Positions 1-13,131 of a DNA stretch of 64,000 bases are shown in pieces (position 1 is the stretch's first letter; each line of letters begins with the position of its first letter). A program made the translations under genes and the position numbers. Location of the stretch: the NCBI GenBank assembly GCA_964035545.1, contig OZ037765.1, positions 26,659,504 to 26,723,503 of the forward strand, in the 5' to 3' direction. Source of the stretch: Bugula neritina. Lineage: Eukaryota; Animalia; Bryozoa. The notes under the pieces were generated by a model that was not told where the DNA came from, did not search any database, and worked only from the letters and a program-made list of their open reading frames with translations.

Positions 1-63
1 TTATATGGCGTGTCAATGTTTGTGTACCCAACAACTACTAATGAGTATATTTTTTATGAATAG

Positions 64-3032
64 ATATGGCAAACAAGAAGGAAGTGGCCCGGAGAGACAA
101 TACCTGACAAACGGAAATGGAAACGAAGTTTTGTCTTCTCCTACATCCAACAATAAATTCGGTGAGCTGCTGTTTTTCATCAATCTCAGGGACAACTACT
201 AGTTCATGGGTTGTTGGTATCTTTGTAACTTGTTGAATTTATTTTGGTTTTTTATTTTTCTTCATTTTGAATAATTTTCAATAGTGATGAAGTTATTCTG
301 TTTTGGCACGAGTTGTGAGACTCCATTTGTTGCAGAGTAAGTTGTTTTTTATATATTGTCTTACCTTGCACCTTTAGTTTCTTATATTAATTAAAAAGAA
401 AACAAATATATATAGAAGGACACTTCATTCCTAACATTTTCAAGCAAGACAGTTTCACTGTGTTTTAATTCTTCTACCAATAATGCTGTCAAATTTCAAA
501 GTAATATTGTAAATAAATAAAGTCCATTACTTGTTTTCTCTTTTATTCTTATTGGAGGGAGTAGTCTAATGTTGAATTCTTGGCAAGAAATTTGTAGCAA
601 ATGGCAAAGATTTTGTAACCTCAAGAATGTTATTTTATGTTTAACAAAGATTTTTTTTGCTGCATGCAGTAAATATACTATAATAACCCACTAATCAGTT
701 CAGTTTACCTATTGGTGTATTCTCTTTTTGTAGCTAATCCAATCTCCTCCCCACCTGTAAACTGTAAAATAGACCTCATACTAAAACCTTCAGCATGCTT
801 TTCATTGTCATGAATAATATAATAAAAGCAACTCCTAGGGAATGCATGATGATCCCTTTCATTCTGTCTTGTCAACCATTGTTGAGATTATTTTCAAACT
901 TGTGCAACTGCTGCTATCATATAACATATTCAGCCTTCATCTTGTGTATTGTTATATTATTTAGCCTCAAGTTCATTTGAGCAAGAAACAGACGTTGATA
1001 ACAACTTGGAGAATGTACCAGATTCTAATCTACCACCCGACTCCAGTCTTCCACCTGACTCCAGCATGCCGCCCTATTTAGCCCCAATTCCCAGCACGTT
1101 AGATAGGTATGTACTTGACTACAGGGGGTTGTGTCACTAGCTCAGTATCCAGAAACTGTGTGTAGGGACAAATCATGTGATATGATACTTGGGGCAACAT
1201 ATTTACTGCTAACAAAATGGTTAATTGTGTTATAAACAGTAGTTATTCTGGCGAACATTTGCTGTTGTTGGTTGTTCCTGATAAATATCAAGCTGAATTA
1301 TTCAATTTTTGATCAGCAGGTTAACTTCTTATAATATTGTATATCAATCAGCCTTTCTCCTATTATTTATCTATTCACGGCTTCAAGTTTATATTTAATG
1401 TTTCAAAAATGTTATTGTAAATTGTATATTTCTTTTTGATGAAAAGTTCTTTTCTATGCCTTATAAAATGTCTGTATAAATAGTAGTATAAGTGCCAATA
1501 ATTATCTGCATTTCTAGGTCCAAGTCTAAAACTTCTGTACAGGAAATTCCAAGTCCAGCTGAAGAGAAATTATTGAGAAATGGTGATGCTGGGTCTAACA
1601 GCTATTTGGAGTCTACGGTTTCATCTAGCAACTCCAGCAGGCTCACTCGTCAGGATACCATACCGAAATATATAGCTCCTGTACCATGCAACTATGGTTT
1701 GTTATTCATGTGTGATTCAAATAAAAAAACTCGCACAAGTTTTTAGTCACTCTCCCTGTAAGACACCTTGATGGAAAGGTTTTTTTTTAAATCGGGCTAA
1801 GGGCTTATTCAGATGGGGCACGGGAGCAATTATGACTGGATACTCTTCCTGACATCACCAATGGCCTTTGTGCTTACTAGGCAAACGCTCTAACCCCTAG
1901 ACCAGCTGCTCATGTGTAGTTCAAATACTGCCCTTGAAGACTTAATAAGTGTATCCTTGGCAAAGGCTATATGTCAATCTCGTTCCAGTAGGCATACTGG
2001 TGCAGTTTGTTGCTTACAGACCGCTTTTTATTTCAGCTTGCTGCATTGTTTGTATATAAACATTTATTTAGCCTCACAGATGCCCCTGGATATACACGGC
2101 CAATGCTTACAAGTAGCTGTGCATCCATTCACTGGCACTTATAGCTGGAATCAACTCATTTAATTAGGCTGGCAGCCAGAAACAGTCTGTAGTTTATGTT
2201 TGTATGGGTCTGTTGTGTGTATGCTTCAGGATTATGCTATTTATAGAATGTATGCAAGTTATAACAATATTTGTTCAATTCAATATAATATTCTTTATTG
2301 GGAGTTATCATCACATTTCGTGATGTATTTCTACATAAAACTGATATGTGAAGATGTACTATGATTTGTGTAGGTGCAACAGTACCAGGTGGTGCCCCGG
2401 CTTTATATTCTCTCTCTGTGAAGACATCAGCTAAACCCACTCAGCTTGGCTCTACGATGCCAGGGGCAGCAATTCCCACTACAACTTTAGTCAGTGAAGA
2501 TAATTCAACTCTCAGAGAAACGACTGCCAGTTCACCGGCCACTCCACCGAGAGCGTCTTTGTCTAAATCTGTAATCGATAAGCCGCCCATGCCACAACCT
2601 CGCTTATCCACTATCGGAAGTCCTAGAGATAGCCAATCACCAGTTATGACACAAAGTGTTGACCAATCAAACTCATTGTTTGATGATTCTACTTTATCTG
2701 TTGCTTCAGGACATGATTTTACACAATCCTCATCTCATAATGACTTAACAACAGTAACTGACTTGTCAGAAGAGAATTCACTTGTCCTCAAAGAATCACC
2801 AATCTCTAAAGACACACCACAGTTGGCTACACCGTCCAATGAGAAAAGTTCGTCACTAGATAGCAGTGTACTAGACATATCAATACCTGAAGATATTCCC
2901 CTGAGAAGGAAAGCTCTACTCAACTCTCCTTTGGATACCAGCTCCGATTCTTTAGACACGCCCGTGAAAAATGCCCGAAGGCAATTGACCAATCAGCATG
3001 ACTCTCCTATCAATACTCCTATACCTGAATGA
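64..3032 (+). CDS. 3' part of an unidentified multi-exon gene; Ser/Pro/Thr-rich, probably disordered C-terminus (5' end lies outside the window)
   Basis: Phase-compatible GT-AG exons 64-161, (possible 734-763), 965-1106, 1518-1696, 2374-3032 (TGA). They translate to YGKQEGSGPERQ..., PDSNLPPDSSLPPDSSMPP..., RSKSKTSVQEIPSP..., GATVPGGAPALYSL...TPIPE*. No recognisable domain. Confidence 0.7.
1763..1911 (-). mobile_element. tRNA-derived SINE, copy with an internal deletion (same family as 21243-21418)
   Basis: Aligns by eye with 21243-21418 (gagcaatta...ctcttcct.acatcaccaatggcct...tactaggcaaac.ctctaacccctagacca); lacks about 25 bp of the B-box region. Confidence 0.75.
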
Positions 3033-4078
3033 GTTACTTCAAACCGCTGACATATACATGATAAATGGCATTAAACAATATTTTTATTTGTGTTTTAATC
3101 ATTTTATAAAACCCCAAACACGCATTGATTGCTATTAATGATACCATTTGTACTTTCAGTGTTGCTACTGTACCCATGCTGCTATACCCAGTTTTATGTT
3201 ATTGTGTACAATAACATATTATGTTTTCAAAATTCTATAGATTCTTGTATCTGTGGCTACCAATCAAACTATATTTTTGCCAACAATCTCTCTAGTTGCC
3301 ATAAGAATAAGAAGAAATGTATAATTTTTATCTTTTGAAAATATATCTTTGCAATTGAATCTAAAATAGTAATTTTTCATGTTTAAAACTAAGTTTTTCA
3401 AACTGAAAATCAAATTAGATTTGTAGCACTTCTATTTTTAGCAAAGTGTGTTTGAATGAGTAAATAATAAAATGTCATAAAGTTGCATTTTAAAAAATGA
3501 TAGAAATAAATAATTAATGAAATTTCCTTTGTGCAGGTCTATTCTGCTTTTGCACAGCCTTTCATCATTATTATACTCGATGTCTTCCAAGTTCATTCAA
3601 AACAACTTGATAATTAGACCAATCTATTATATAATATGTAACAGTGTAAAAAATTCACTACAAAATACAAATGCTGTCTTCACATTCTCTAGTTCTCTAG
3701 CTTCTCCATGTATCTGTCCTGCATCCACCCTCTAGTATTGTGGTGGTACTGCTATACTATATTGCAGAGCTTCTATGACCCTCTCTGTAAGCAAAGGAGT
3801 GGAATTGTGATATATCTACTTGTGGGTTATAAAACTGGTACACGCCTCTGATTGGCTGAGCTTCACACTATACACGCAGTCAATATCTTAAGTAAAATGA
3901 AATAACATAAGAAGTTGTTTGCCCTTGATGCAACTATATGTATATACATTGTCTGACTACAATTATTCAGTTTTAAACCATTTTCTCATCAAGCTGAGCC
4001 AAAAATTGTTAGAGTACATTAGTGAAATTTTCTGGCAAAAAATGCTAACTTATATAACTTTTAGCTACACTATATAGC

Positions 4079-7000
4079 CTATATAATAAATGGACATACA
4101 TAAAGGCGTTTTGGTCCAGCATTTATAAGGCTTTTATATCTTGCGGGTAGGTCTTTGCCAATTACCAGAATAATAAATGATACTAAAGCGATGACATTGA
4201 CTGCCATGAATGCTGATAACCAACTCCAGTGAGTAGCTGCGTACTGCATGGGACTAGACGCTGTGTATCCCCCCACTGCCATGCATATACAAATGAAAAT
4301 ATAGATATATAGATTATATATTATGATATGAATTGAGTTTTGAAATTGTCTCATGCAGCTAATTTAAATGAATTTCTAAATTATTAACATTTTGGTTCCA
4401 AATTACATTTGAAAAAGAACCGCTACCCGAACAGGACAGCGTAGAAATAGATGAGGACTTGAAGAGTATGTTTACAATACGATGTAATATATATGTATGT
4501 ACTATGTGTATAATACAAGACTTACCACTGCCTGACAAACTAATAAAAGCGTGTGCTACTCCTACAATCTTTATAGGTGCTACTTCCACAGATACGGTGA
4601 CCAGTAAACTGATTGCAGTTTGAGTGCAGAATCCCATGAAGAATCCCAAAACCAACATATAAGTCTGAAACATATGCAAGTTTTGCAGAGAAAGGCTTGT
4701 TGTGATATAAAACATATTTATTAGTATATTATTTATTGGTTAAGTAAAAAAATTGCTTGGAAATAGAAGCCTAAGGCTCTATTACATAGTTGTGTAGTTT
4801 ATTTCCTTCTAGCCCAATAATCTATGTAGGGTTATTCTCTAGGATAATTCATAATGAGTAAAAGTCTTTGTATGAGCCGAAGAAAACATCTATTTCAAAA
4901 TATTTGTTAGTCAAAACTCAGCTGCAAAGCCAGTTCTTTGACTTTTACAGTTACATTACTCAATATAAGTGAACTGATACTACACTCACTTTGCTAGTTT
5001 CAGGATCAATGGTAAAAAGAAAGAGATTGAGTGAAAGACATGCTCCAGCAACACAATACTGCACAACATTCAGTCTCAGAGATTTCCCTGAGCCATAGTA
5101 ATATCCTTTTCTTAGCATTACATCTGTAGCTATTCCAAATAGGATGCTTCCTACCATTCCCCCAAACTCCATCGATGTTAAATAGGACTCTGTGCTATAA
5201 TATGACATTCCTCTCTGTTCGATTAAGTAAGTCTGGCCCCATTCTACGCACGATGACTTTACGATGTGCAACAGGAAGTTGGTTATGACGAGAAGCTGCA
5301 TCAGCTCACTTCCTGTCAGGTCTGACCAGTGTCCGTCTGTGGCAACTATCATCACGAGTCAAATAAGAATAAGACACATATGAGTATTACATCAAGTCTT
5401 CAGCTTTCTCCAGTATTAAATACCATTTATTCTTGCAACTAAAACACTGATATATAGAAATGGGGTGTAAAATGTAGTGTTGAGATTATACTCAGTAGCC
5501 CCTTAGTGTAATGGTTAGCGCGCCAGCTTGCAAGCCGAAGGTCTGTGATTCAAATCCCAATGGGGGCAAATATTTTATAAAAACAACTCCTACATTTGTA
5601 GATTGGTAATGATTAATAGAGCGAGTTATTGAGTAGTTTACACTAAATGTGATTGAAACCAAATCTGTATCATACCTCCCAGAGTGATTTCATCTTCGTA
5701 GCCTACATCAGAGGGAGTATTCCACGTATAGAAAGGGACACCAGCTGAAAACAATAGAACACACATTGCGGGCACTTGCAGTGCTACCCTCCAACTGTAA
5801 GAAATGGATAAACTTGCAGCTATACCAGGTCCAACTGCAGATACTAAGTGAGTAGCTGAGGAGAGGAGAGCAAACCAGAAGCCAAACTGAGTCGGTGGAT
5901 ACCTGTTAAGGATACAGTTAACTGTAGGATGGTTGTGAACTAAAGCTAATTTCAAAGTTGCTAAATTTTCCGTTCTAGATAATGAACTGTCAATAAAATC
6001 TCACATTATAGACAGGAGTTGGCAGGAATAATTTCAGACAATATTATTTTGTATGCATGCAGCAGATAATGATGTTCTGGGCCATCTCAATAAAGTCTTC
6101 ATATTATAAGCACATTAATCAGCTTCTGCTCAATCCATGCTTAATAAATATGGCAATAATTTTTAGCAAAATAACATTCATCGAGTTTTAAACGAATATA
6201 ATACGGCAGAGTGATTGTGCTCGCAGGTAATATAATGCAGCAGAGTGATTGTGCTCGCAGGTAATATAATACAGCAGAGTGATTGAGCGCAGGTATAAAG
6301 CAAAACAACTCTTACCATGCCCTAATTATCTTGACAATAGATGGCCAGCCAAGACCTTGGGCACACCCATTCGCAGCTGTTAATAACATAAGGTTGTACC
6401 AGTCTTGTTGATCTGCAATTTAATTTTTAGCTGAGTTTATTTAGTCCAGGTTAGCTAAGCTGAAAAATGTTCTATATTTTAACGTAACGAGAGAATCGGC
6501 TTCAACAAAAATAGAATACATGAAAAGAAATTGGAATTATTAACAATCATTATACACAAATTTCATACTACATCCGCCTGGAAAAGTTTATGTTTATGTA
6601 TTTGCAAATTCTTACCTGAAAAAGCAAGCATTACAAAGCCAGTAAGGAAGAGAGAAACAGCATACAGGTATTTAGGAGGATACAAATCTGTGGCTACACT
6701 AGCAAATACCTTGGTGATTGAGTATGTCAATGTCTGAGCTGTTAATATGGCCCCTACAATATTCACCAATATTACCAACGTATGGAGTTGTAGCTGTTAG
6801 ATGCCTGCATTCTCAATGTGTCTTAGACTACATTGTTTGCAGATGAGATTCATTTAATCTTTAAGGCGATGCCAAGCAAATATACACACATATTTCATAA
6901 AAATTACCAAAATTGAATAAAACTGCAAATTATTTTTTATATAGAAGAGATTTGTTTTGAGCACTGAGATGCTTAGTGCAAAAATATAGCAATTGAGTCA

Positions 7001-7824
7001 TGCAAATACATAATTTTTAATAGGCTATAACCTGAATTAAATGAAAGCAACGATGTAGATAATACTTACTAACCTACTTCTCCACTACTCAAATATCTGT
7101 CGGCAAGTACGTATGGCAAAGTGTAAACAAAGGATTTCCTGTTGTACAGAATTAAGGTGTATCCAAGGTAACACATTATGAACACAAACAGCTGGTAAGA
7201 AGCAAAAGATATTCCATGTTCTTTTGATTCTAAAAGTAAAAATTAATGCATTATATTTCTGACAAAGATTATCTCTATTGATGCTCTGCTATTTTTTATT
7301 TTGGTCTAAATTAAAGAGTATTTACTGTAGTTTTTAAACCAATTTATGTTAAAAGTTTGCTATTGGTTTTTCAATGCATAACTTTTATTAATTTAAACTA
7401 GAGCAAAGGCAAAATAGCAGCAAGCAGTACTAGTTTTAGTAAATATTTGTGGCATCTAGAAATTGCATTTTAAATAAAACTATTTTTTTTTCATTTCAAA
7501 TTTTAAGTTAAAAGCTGAACACTAAAGTCTATTGAATATTTTACACATATTGAAAGTCAGCACAATCAGTATGTATATGCGGCAATGACTTTATAGTTCG
7601 TATATACCTACTCTGTAATTTAGCCTCTCGCCTATTTAATTTTATGAATTTTATAAGCTTTACACGAACATGTACCAACAAGTATAAACTCTACACAACA
7701 TACCCGAGTCTTCATCATATCCTCTTTGACTTCTACTAGAAGTCTCATTGCCTCCCTCTCCACTTGAGAATTGTCTTTCACTTCGTCTCTCTGAAGAAGA
7801 ACTCTCGTCTCCATCGTCTGACAT
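4079..7824 (-). CDS. SLC37A4: Glucose-6-phosphate/phosphate exchanger SLC37A4 (G6PT)-like MFS transporter, paralogue A
   Basis: Exons 7824-7704, 7229-7074, 6753-6616, 6412-6316, 5902-5676, 5345-4990, 4664-4526, 4275-4079 join in frame. Motifs LYNRKSF, QGLGWP, WYPPTQFGFW, PSDVG, VKSSCVEWGQTYL, MEFGGMVGS match the G6PT/OPA family. Confidence 0.9.
5498..5568 (+). pseudogene. tRNA-like sequence (Ala-TGC-like anticodon loop); probably a pseudo-tRNA or SINE head
   Basis: gcccct...gggggca acceptor stem, A-box tagtgtaatggttag, loop cttgcaa, degenerate B-box gattcaaatcc. Anticodon and T stems are mismatched. Lies in a SLC37A4-A intron on the opposite strand. Confidence 0.6.
6195..6294. repeat. 34-bp tandem repeat, about 3 copies
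   Basis: Unit aatataatacggcagagtgattgtgctcgcaggt, repeated directly. Confidence 0.9.
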
Positions 7825-9123
7825 TGTGATTAAAGTTGTTGTGAAATCCTAGAGCTCTTGTGAGATAAGAATGTTATATGTTTTTGGCCAAACTACTATA
7901 GCTGTTATTATTTAGCTTATATACTATGACAAGCTGGTTGTATAGATCACCGTTAATAGAGAAATTCACAAGACAATCAGTTTATATTATTTATTATATT
8001 GTAGCAAATACTAATTGCAATCTACTAGCTAAAACATCTCAGCTATTTCAGAAATGTCCAGCATACAGAATAAGACAATATTATTAATATATATTATGCA
8101 CATAACATTATATCATTAAAAATATTCACTTTATATGACAAAATATTACTATAAATTATAGCAATTTTTTGTCATAAAGTGAATATTTCTTAATATCATT
8201 ATGGGATAGATGTAACTAATTAACATTGTTAAAATAAATAATATAGTAGTATAATATGCAACATATTATTAGTACTTTAGCTTGTAGTTGAAATAATGAT
8301 AATAGCACAAAGGTATTAAACGCTATTGCATAATGATAATGCTGCTACTTTCTTCATTATGTGACCTCTTTTTCTAGTAAGTATGAAACATAAAGCAGAA
8401 CAATTAGTAAAATACTTTTAGTACTGAAAACTTACCTGAAAGTCAAGTTTTGAACTGAGAGTTTAATTTGAGGTACCTAGGTTTTGACTTTAAAATGAGG
8501 TTTTGCAGCCATTTTAATGCAGCTACAAGGGCTATATTTTTCTTTTCAAATTTGCAAACAACTTATAAGTTGCATACGTTGCTTTTGGCAACTTATAGTT
8601 GCTGAAAGCATTGAGCTATAAGGTATAGCCATCGGCTGTTTATAGATCCTTCATTTCATTGGTTGTCCTATATCACATTTTTGGCAGCTAAAAACACTGT
8701 TTTTAATAAAAAAGTAAGATAGAAAGAACGTTGTGCTACATGTAGTTGCAGAATTTTTTTATATAACTTAATTTTTAATGCTTACGTACTCTTTTTGCTT
8801 GAAACAAGTTGTTTTTACTCAAAAACATTTCAAGCTCAATGTGTAATTAATATAATTTGCAGAGTGCTGATTTAGAAACAAAAAACAGCTTTGTGATCCA
8901 ATTTTTGTTAATTTATTCTGCTTCCACATATTGTTTCTAAATTATCATTGCTGCTTATATAATAGATTAAAAAATATAACATGATTAACATGATGGCACA
9001 AAAATAACAACAACTAAAACACATCCTCATATCCAAGCCTAGGAAATTTACAAGTGTATAGATATTTGAATAACAATAAGTTACTAAAGGCTAACTGAAG
9101 GCTAAAAAGTTGTAGCAAATAAT

Positions 9124-12100
9124 TTATTTTCCTGCGGATAACCTTTTAACCCCAGAAGCTGCCTGTTTGTATGAAGCATGTATATCTTTACCAATCACTA
9201 GTATCAAGAAGGCAACAAGGCCCAAGATATTTGAGAGCATGAAAACTCCAAACCAGTCCCACGCAGAAGCAATGTAGTTCATTGGAGCACCAGCTATGAT
9301 AACTCCAACTAAAATGAATAAAATTTGATACTAAATAAAATAGAAGATTAAAAACCATGTCATAAACTTTTACAGTTATCTGATTGGCTGTTGAAAGCTC
9401 AAGTCAACTAATCACATAGTAGAATAAGTGCTGCTGTAAAATATATGCAACTCTCAATAGGTTTAGTTGAGTGCTTTGAGTGGATAATAATATAATGGCT
9501 TAGTAAATAACTAAGTCATCATAGCTTTTGCAATATATCATAATTTGAGTTTATATTTTGTTCAAATCATAATAATATATTCTATTTACAACCTTACACA
9601 GACTATAACATGCTTACACACAAGCTATAACATGCTTAGACAGACTATAACATGCTTATACAGACTATAACATGCTTATACAGACTATAACATGCTTACA
9701 CAGACTATAACATGCTTACACACACTATAACATGCTTACACACACTATAACATGCTTATACAGACTATAACATGCTTACACACACTATAACATGCTTACA
9801 CAAACTATAACATGCTTATACAGACTATAACATGCTTGCACAAACTATAACATGCTTATACAGACTATAACATGCTTGCACAAACTATAACATGCTTATA
9901 CAGACTATAACATGCTTACTATTTCCAGCTAATCCGACAAAGCCTTGAGCAGAACCAGTCATCTGTATCGGAGCCACTTCCACAGCAATGGTTCCCAATA
10001 GACTCAGTGCCCCGTACATACAGAAACCCATGACAAACCCTAAGACCCACATATATGCCTGTAAGTAACAAATTCCACTATATGCAAAGCCGATTTCTAA
10101 TTAAAGAGAAACAACATTTTTTATTTTACCGACACTAAATAATATGTTTTTTTTAAATTGAAGTAATATTTTATGTTGTGGCATTTAAATTGTGGTGCCA
10201 AAAACATAGACTTGGAAGTCTCTTTCAGGTAGAATTACCTTGCTTGTTTCTATGTCAATAGTAAACATGAAGAGGTTGAGAGAAAGACAAGCTCCAGCAA
10301 CACACAGCTGAACTATAGACATTCTTGGCGATTTGCCAGTCCCGGAGTAGTACTTCTTCCTTATCATAAGGTCAGTTAGGGCTCCCAGCACTATCGACCC
10401 GACCAGTCCACCAACCTCCATGGCTATAAGGTGGGAGGAAGCCATGTTGTTAGACAGACCTCTTTCTTGCACTAAATACATGAGACCCCAGTCTTGGCTG
10501 GACGTCTTGACTATGAACAGGAAACAGCTGACCGAGGACAAAAGAAACATGAAGTCACTTCCTGCTAAATCTGACCAATGACCTTCTCCGGTTCCTGCAG
10601 CATATAATATAATATAATATAATATAATATAATAAAATATAATATAATATAAAGAGAGAGAATATAATATAAGAAGAGAGCATATGATTAATGTTAAAAG
10701 CAATCTATTATACTTTCTATTTTTGGAAACACCAGTATATTCTATGCTATAAAAATGATAACTTTTTATGTAAAATATTCAACTGCATATTATATAACAA
10801 TAAAAATTTGGTGGTTGTAAGTTTAACCACTTGGAATTAAAATTAATGTTATTTGTACAAAAAAATCAAAAACACTGTCTTTCAAACCTAAACTGCATAC
10901 ATTGAGTAACTTGATATTATGTAAATAATTTCAGTTTATTTCCTGTAGTTGACTCATCAGACGACATTCTAGTGAACAGGAAGATGACTCATAACAAGAT
11001 AGCAGACGTACTCACCAAACATGGTGACCTCATCTTCATAGTCCACATCCGACGGCTTGTCCCATGCGCAGAAAGGTATGATGGCAGCAAACACAACAGC
11101 AGCCATAGCAGGCACTTGTAGAGCAAATCTCCAGCCATAAGTTACAGCCAAGGCTGTAGCTATTCCAGGGCCAAGAGTTCCGACTAGATTAGAAGCCGTG
11201 GCTAACAGTGCGAACCAGAAACCAAACTGGGTGGGAGGGTACCTGCCAGGTGAACAGCAACATGACTTCAATACAATACATATGTCATATAATATGATAT
11301 AATAACATTCATGTATCATACATAATATAATAATACAATAAAATAAATACATCATATATAGTATGATAATATAATAAAATACATATACCATAAATGATAT
11401 AATAACAATAAAAGAGATATATAATATAAGAAATATAATAAAAAATACATATAATATAAATGGATTTTATTAAACCATTTGAAAGAAAACAAGACAATGC
11501 TTTTAAATGCACAGGATTGTTATCTAAAGTTTCAGTTACCAAAAGAAGAATTACTTCCCTGCTCAGCAATCTCCCACCACAAAATATCCTTACCATGCTC
11601 GTATCATTTTACAAACAGCTGGCCAACCCAGACCTTGCGCTGCACCATTGGCAGCAGTCAACAACATGATGTTTGGCCAATCATCTTGGTCTACAAGAGG
11701 TACATTAATATACACAGTGTACTCTACACAGCTGTTACATACAGTTTGTGGAGTATATAGCAAGCCTATGGCTATATAAGAATGGCAAGCTACTTAGCTG
11801 AACAAATTCATTTGATGACATTAATAAATATTTACGTAACAGCAATCTGCCATTGTTTACAATTGGTCTGTTAAAAAACAGCTGGCAATGGTATTTATAT
11901 GGCAAATCAAGTCCCATTCTAATAATGAACATATCTTTTGCTTACTAATAGTGCTGCAACTAGCCATAACACAGCAGTTTTATATTCTATTACAGACAAC
12001 ATGCCTGTCTAAAAGCCCATTTATAAATAAACTATGCATACTTAAAATAACAGTGGGATACCTGCACAGAAAGAGTTACCTGAGAAAGCAAGCATGACAA

Positions 12101-13131
12101 ATCCAGTGAAGAAGAGACCCCCAGTGAGCATCACCTTAGGAGAGTAATGGTCTGAACCCCAGCCGGAGAAAAACCGACTGACTGTGTATGTCCAGGTCTG
12201 TGCACCTTGTATCATTCCTGTGGAATCAACTTGACACTACACACTGTTTCAGCTGGTGATATTTCATATACATAGAATCGGATAGTATGATTTTGCTGTC
12301 ATGGTGTTATCTTGGCTTATAAAGACTATATTATTTTGTTTTGTAGTTTGAAGTGTTAATGAAGATTAAATTGAGGCAAATAAAAAAACACATGCCATTT
12401 TAACTTGCATAATATGCCTTACTGTGTCATATATGAAATGCTTCTTTGTTTTAACTAATACGATATGCACATCACTTCCAATTATTTTTTTTAACACTCA
12501 GAATGTATATTTATATTTCTTTAAATTAAAAAGATTCCAATGTGATGATCTACTAATGCTTTGGTATTTAATGAAAGCTGATGCAGATAGTTTTGTTAAC
12601 ATAATATTATTATACTGGCACATGTAATATATATTATATAATTTGCATTTACAACTAAAGCTATTAGAAGTGATAATTTATTAGTACATTTAACAATTTT
12701 CGACGTCAATCACATTTTCATGTGATGTTTAATTATTTGACATATTTTTAATGTATTGTGTAAATCCTTCTTACCCACTTCGTAGCTGCTGAAATATTTC
12801 TCCATGAGTATGTGAGGAAGAGTGAACACAAACACTTTTCTGTTGTACAACATCAAGGTGTAAGCAAAGTAAGATGTCACAAACACAAATAGCTGATAAG
12901 AAGAGAAGGACACTTTATGATTTTCATCTAAAAAAGATGCAAAACTCTAAACAAAATTTCTTTTAAATAGAAACTTCTATCAAATATTCGATCACAACTA
13001 GATAAAGTAGAGAATAGTGACTGCTGATACCTACCCGTGCCATCGCTGTCTTTTCTCAGCACCGTACCAGATCGGTCAGATTGGGGGTCAGACTGAGGGT
13101 CAGACTGAGGTGCAGAGGATTCATCGGACAT
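9124..13131 (-). CDS. SLC37A4: SLC37A4 (G6PT)-like transporter, paralogue B
   Basis: Exons 13131-13035, 12927-12775, 12217-12080, 11690-11594, 11242-11016, 10594-10239, 10058-9920, 9308-9124 (TAA). Motifs LYNRKVF, QGLGWP, YPPTQFGFW, VKTSSQDWG, MEVGGLVGS. Internal exon sizes (138/97/227/356/139) equal those of paralogues A and C. Confidence 0.9.
9593..9919. repeat. 20-bp minisatellite, about 16 units, abutting the exon-7 donor of SLC37A4-B
   Basis: Unit cagactataacatgcttaYa; 16 occurrences of catgctt counted between 9609 and 9917. Confidence 0.95.

Noticed and set aside
7632-7814. ORF METRVLLQRDE... as a separate small protein
   Set aside because: It is an alternative frame of SLC37A4-A exon 1; the ATG at 7824 gives the phase that splices correctly.
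9593-9919. CRISPR-like regular repeat array
   Set aside because: Units are contiguous with no unique spacers, there are no cas genes, and it lies in a eukaryotic intron.
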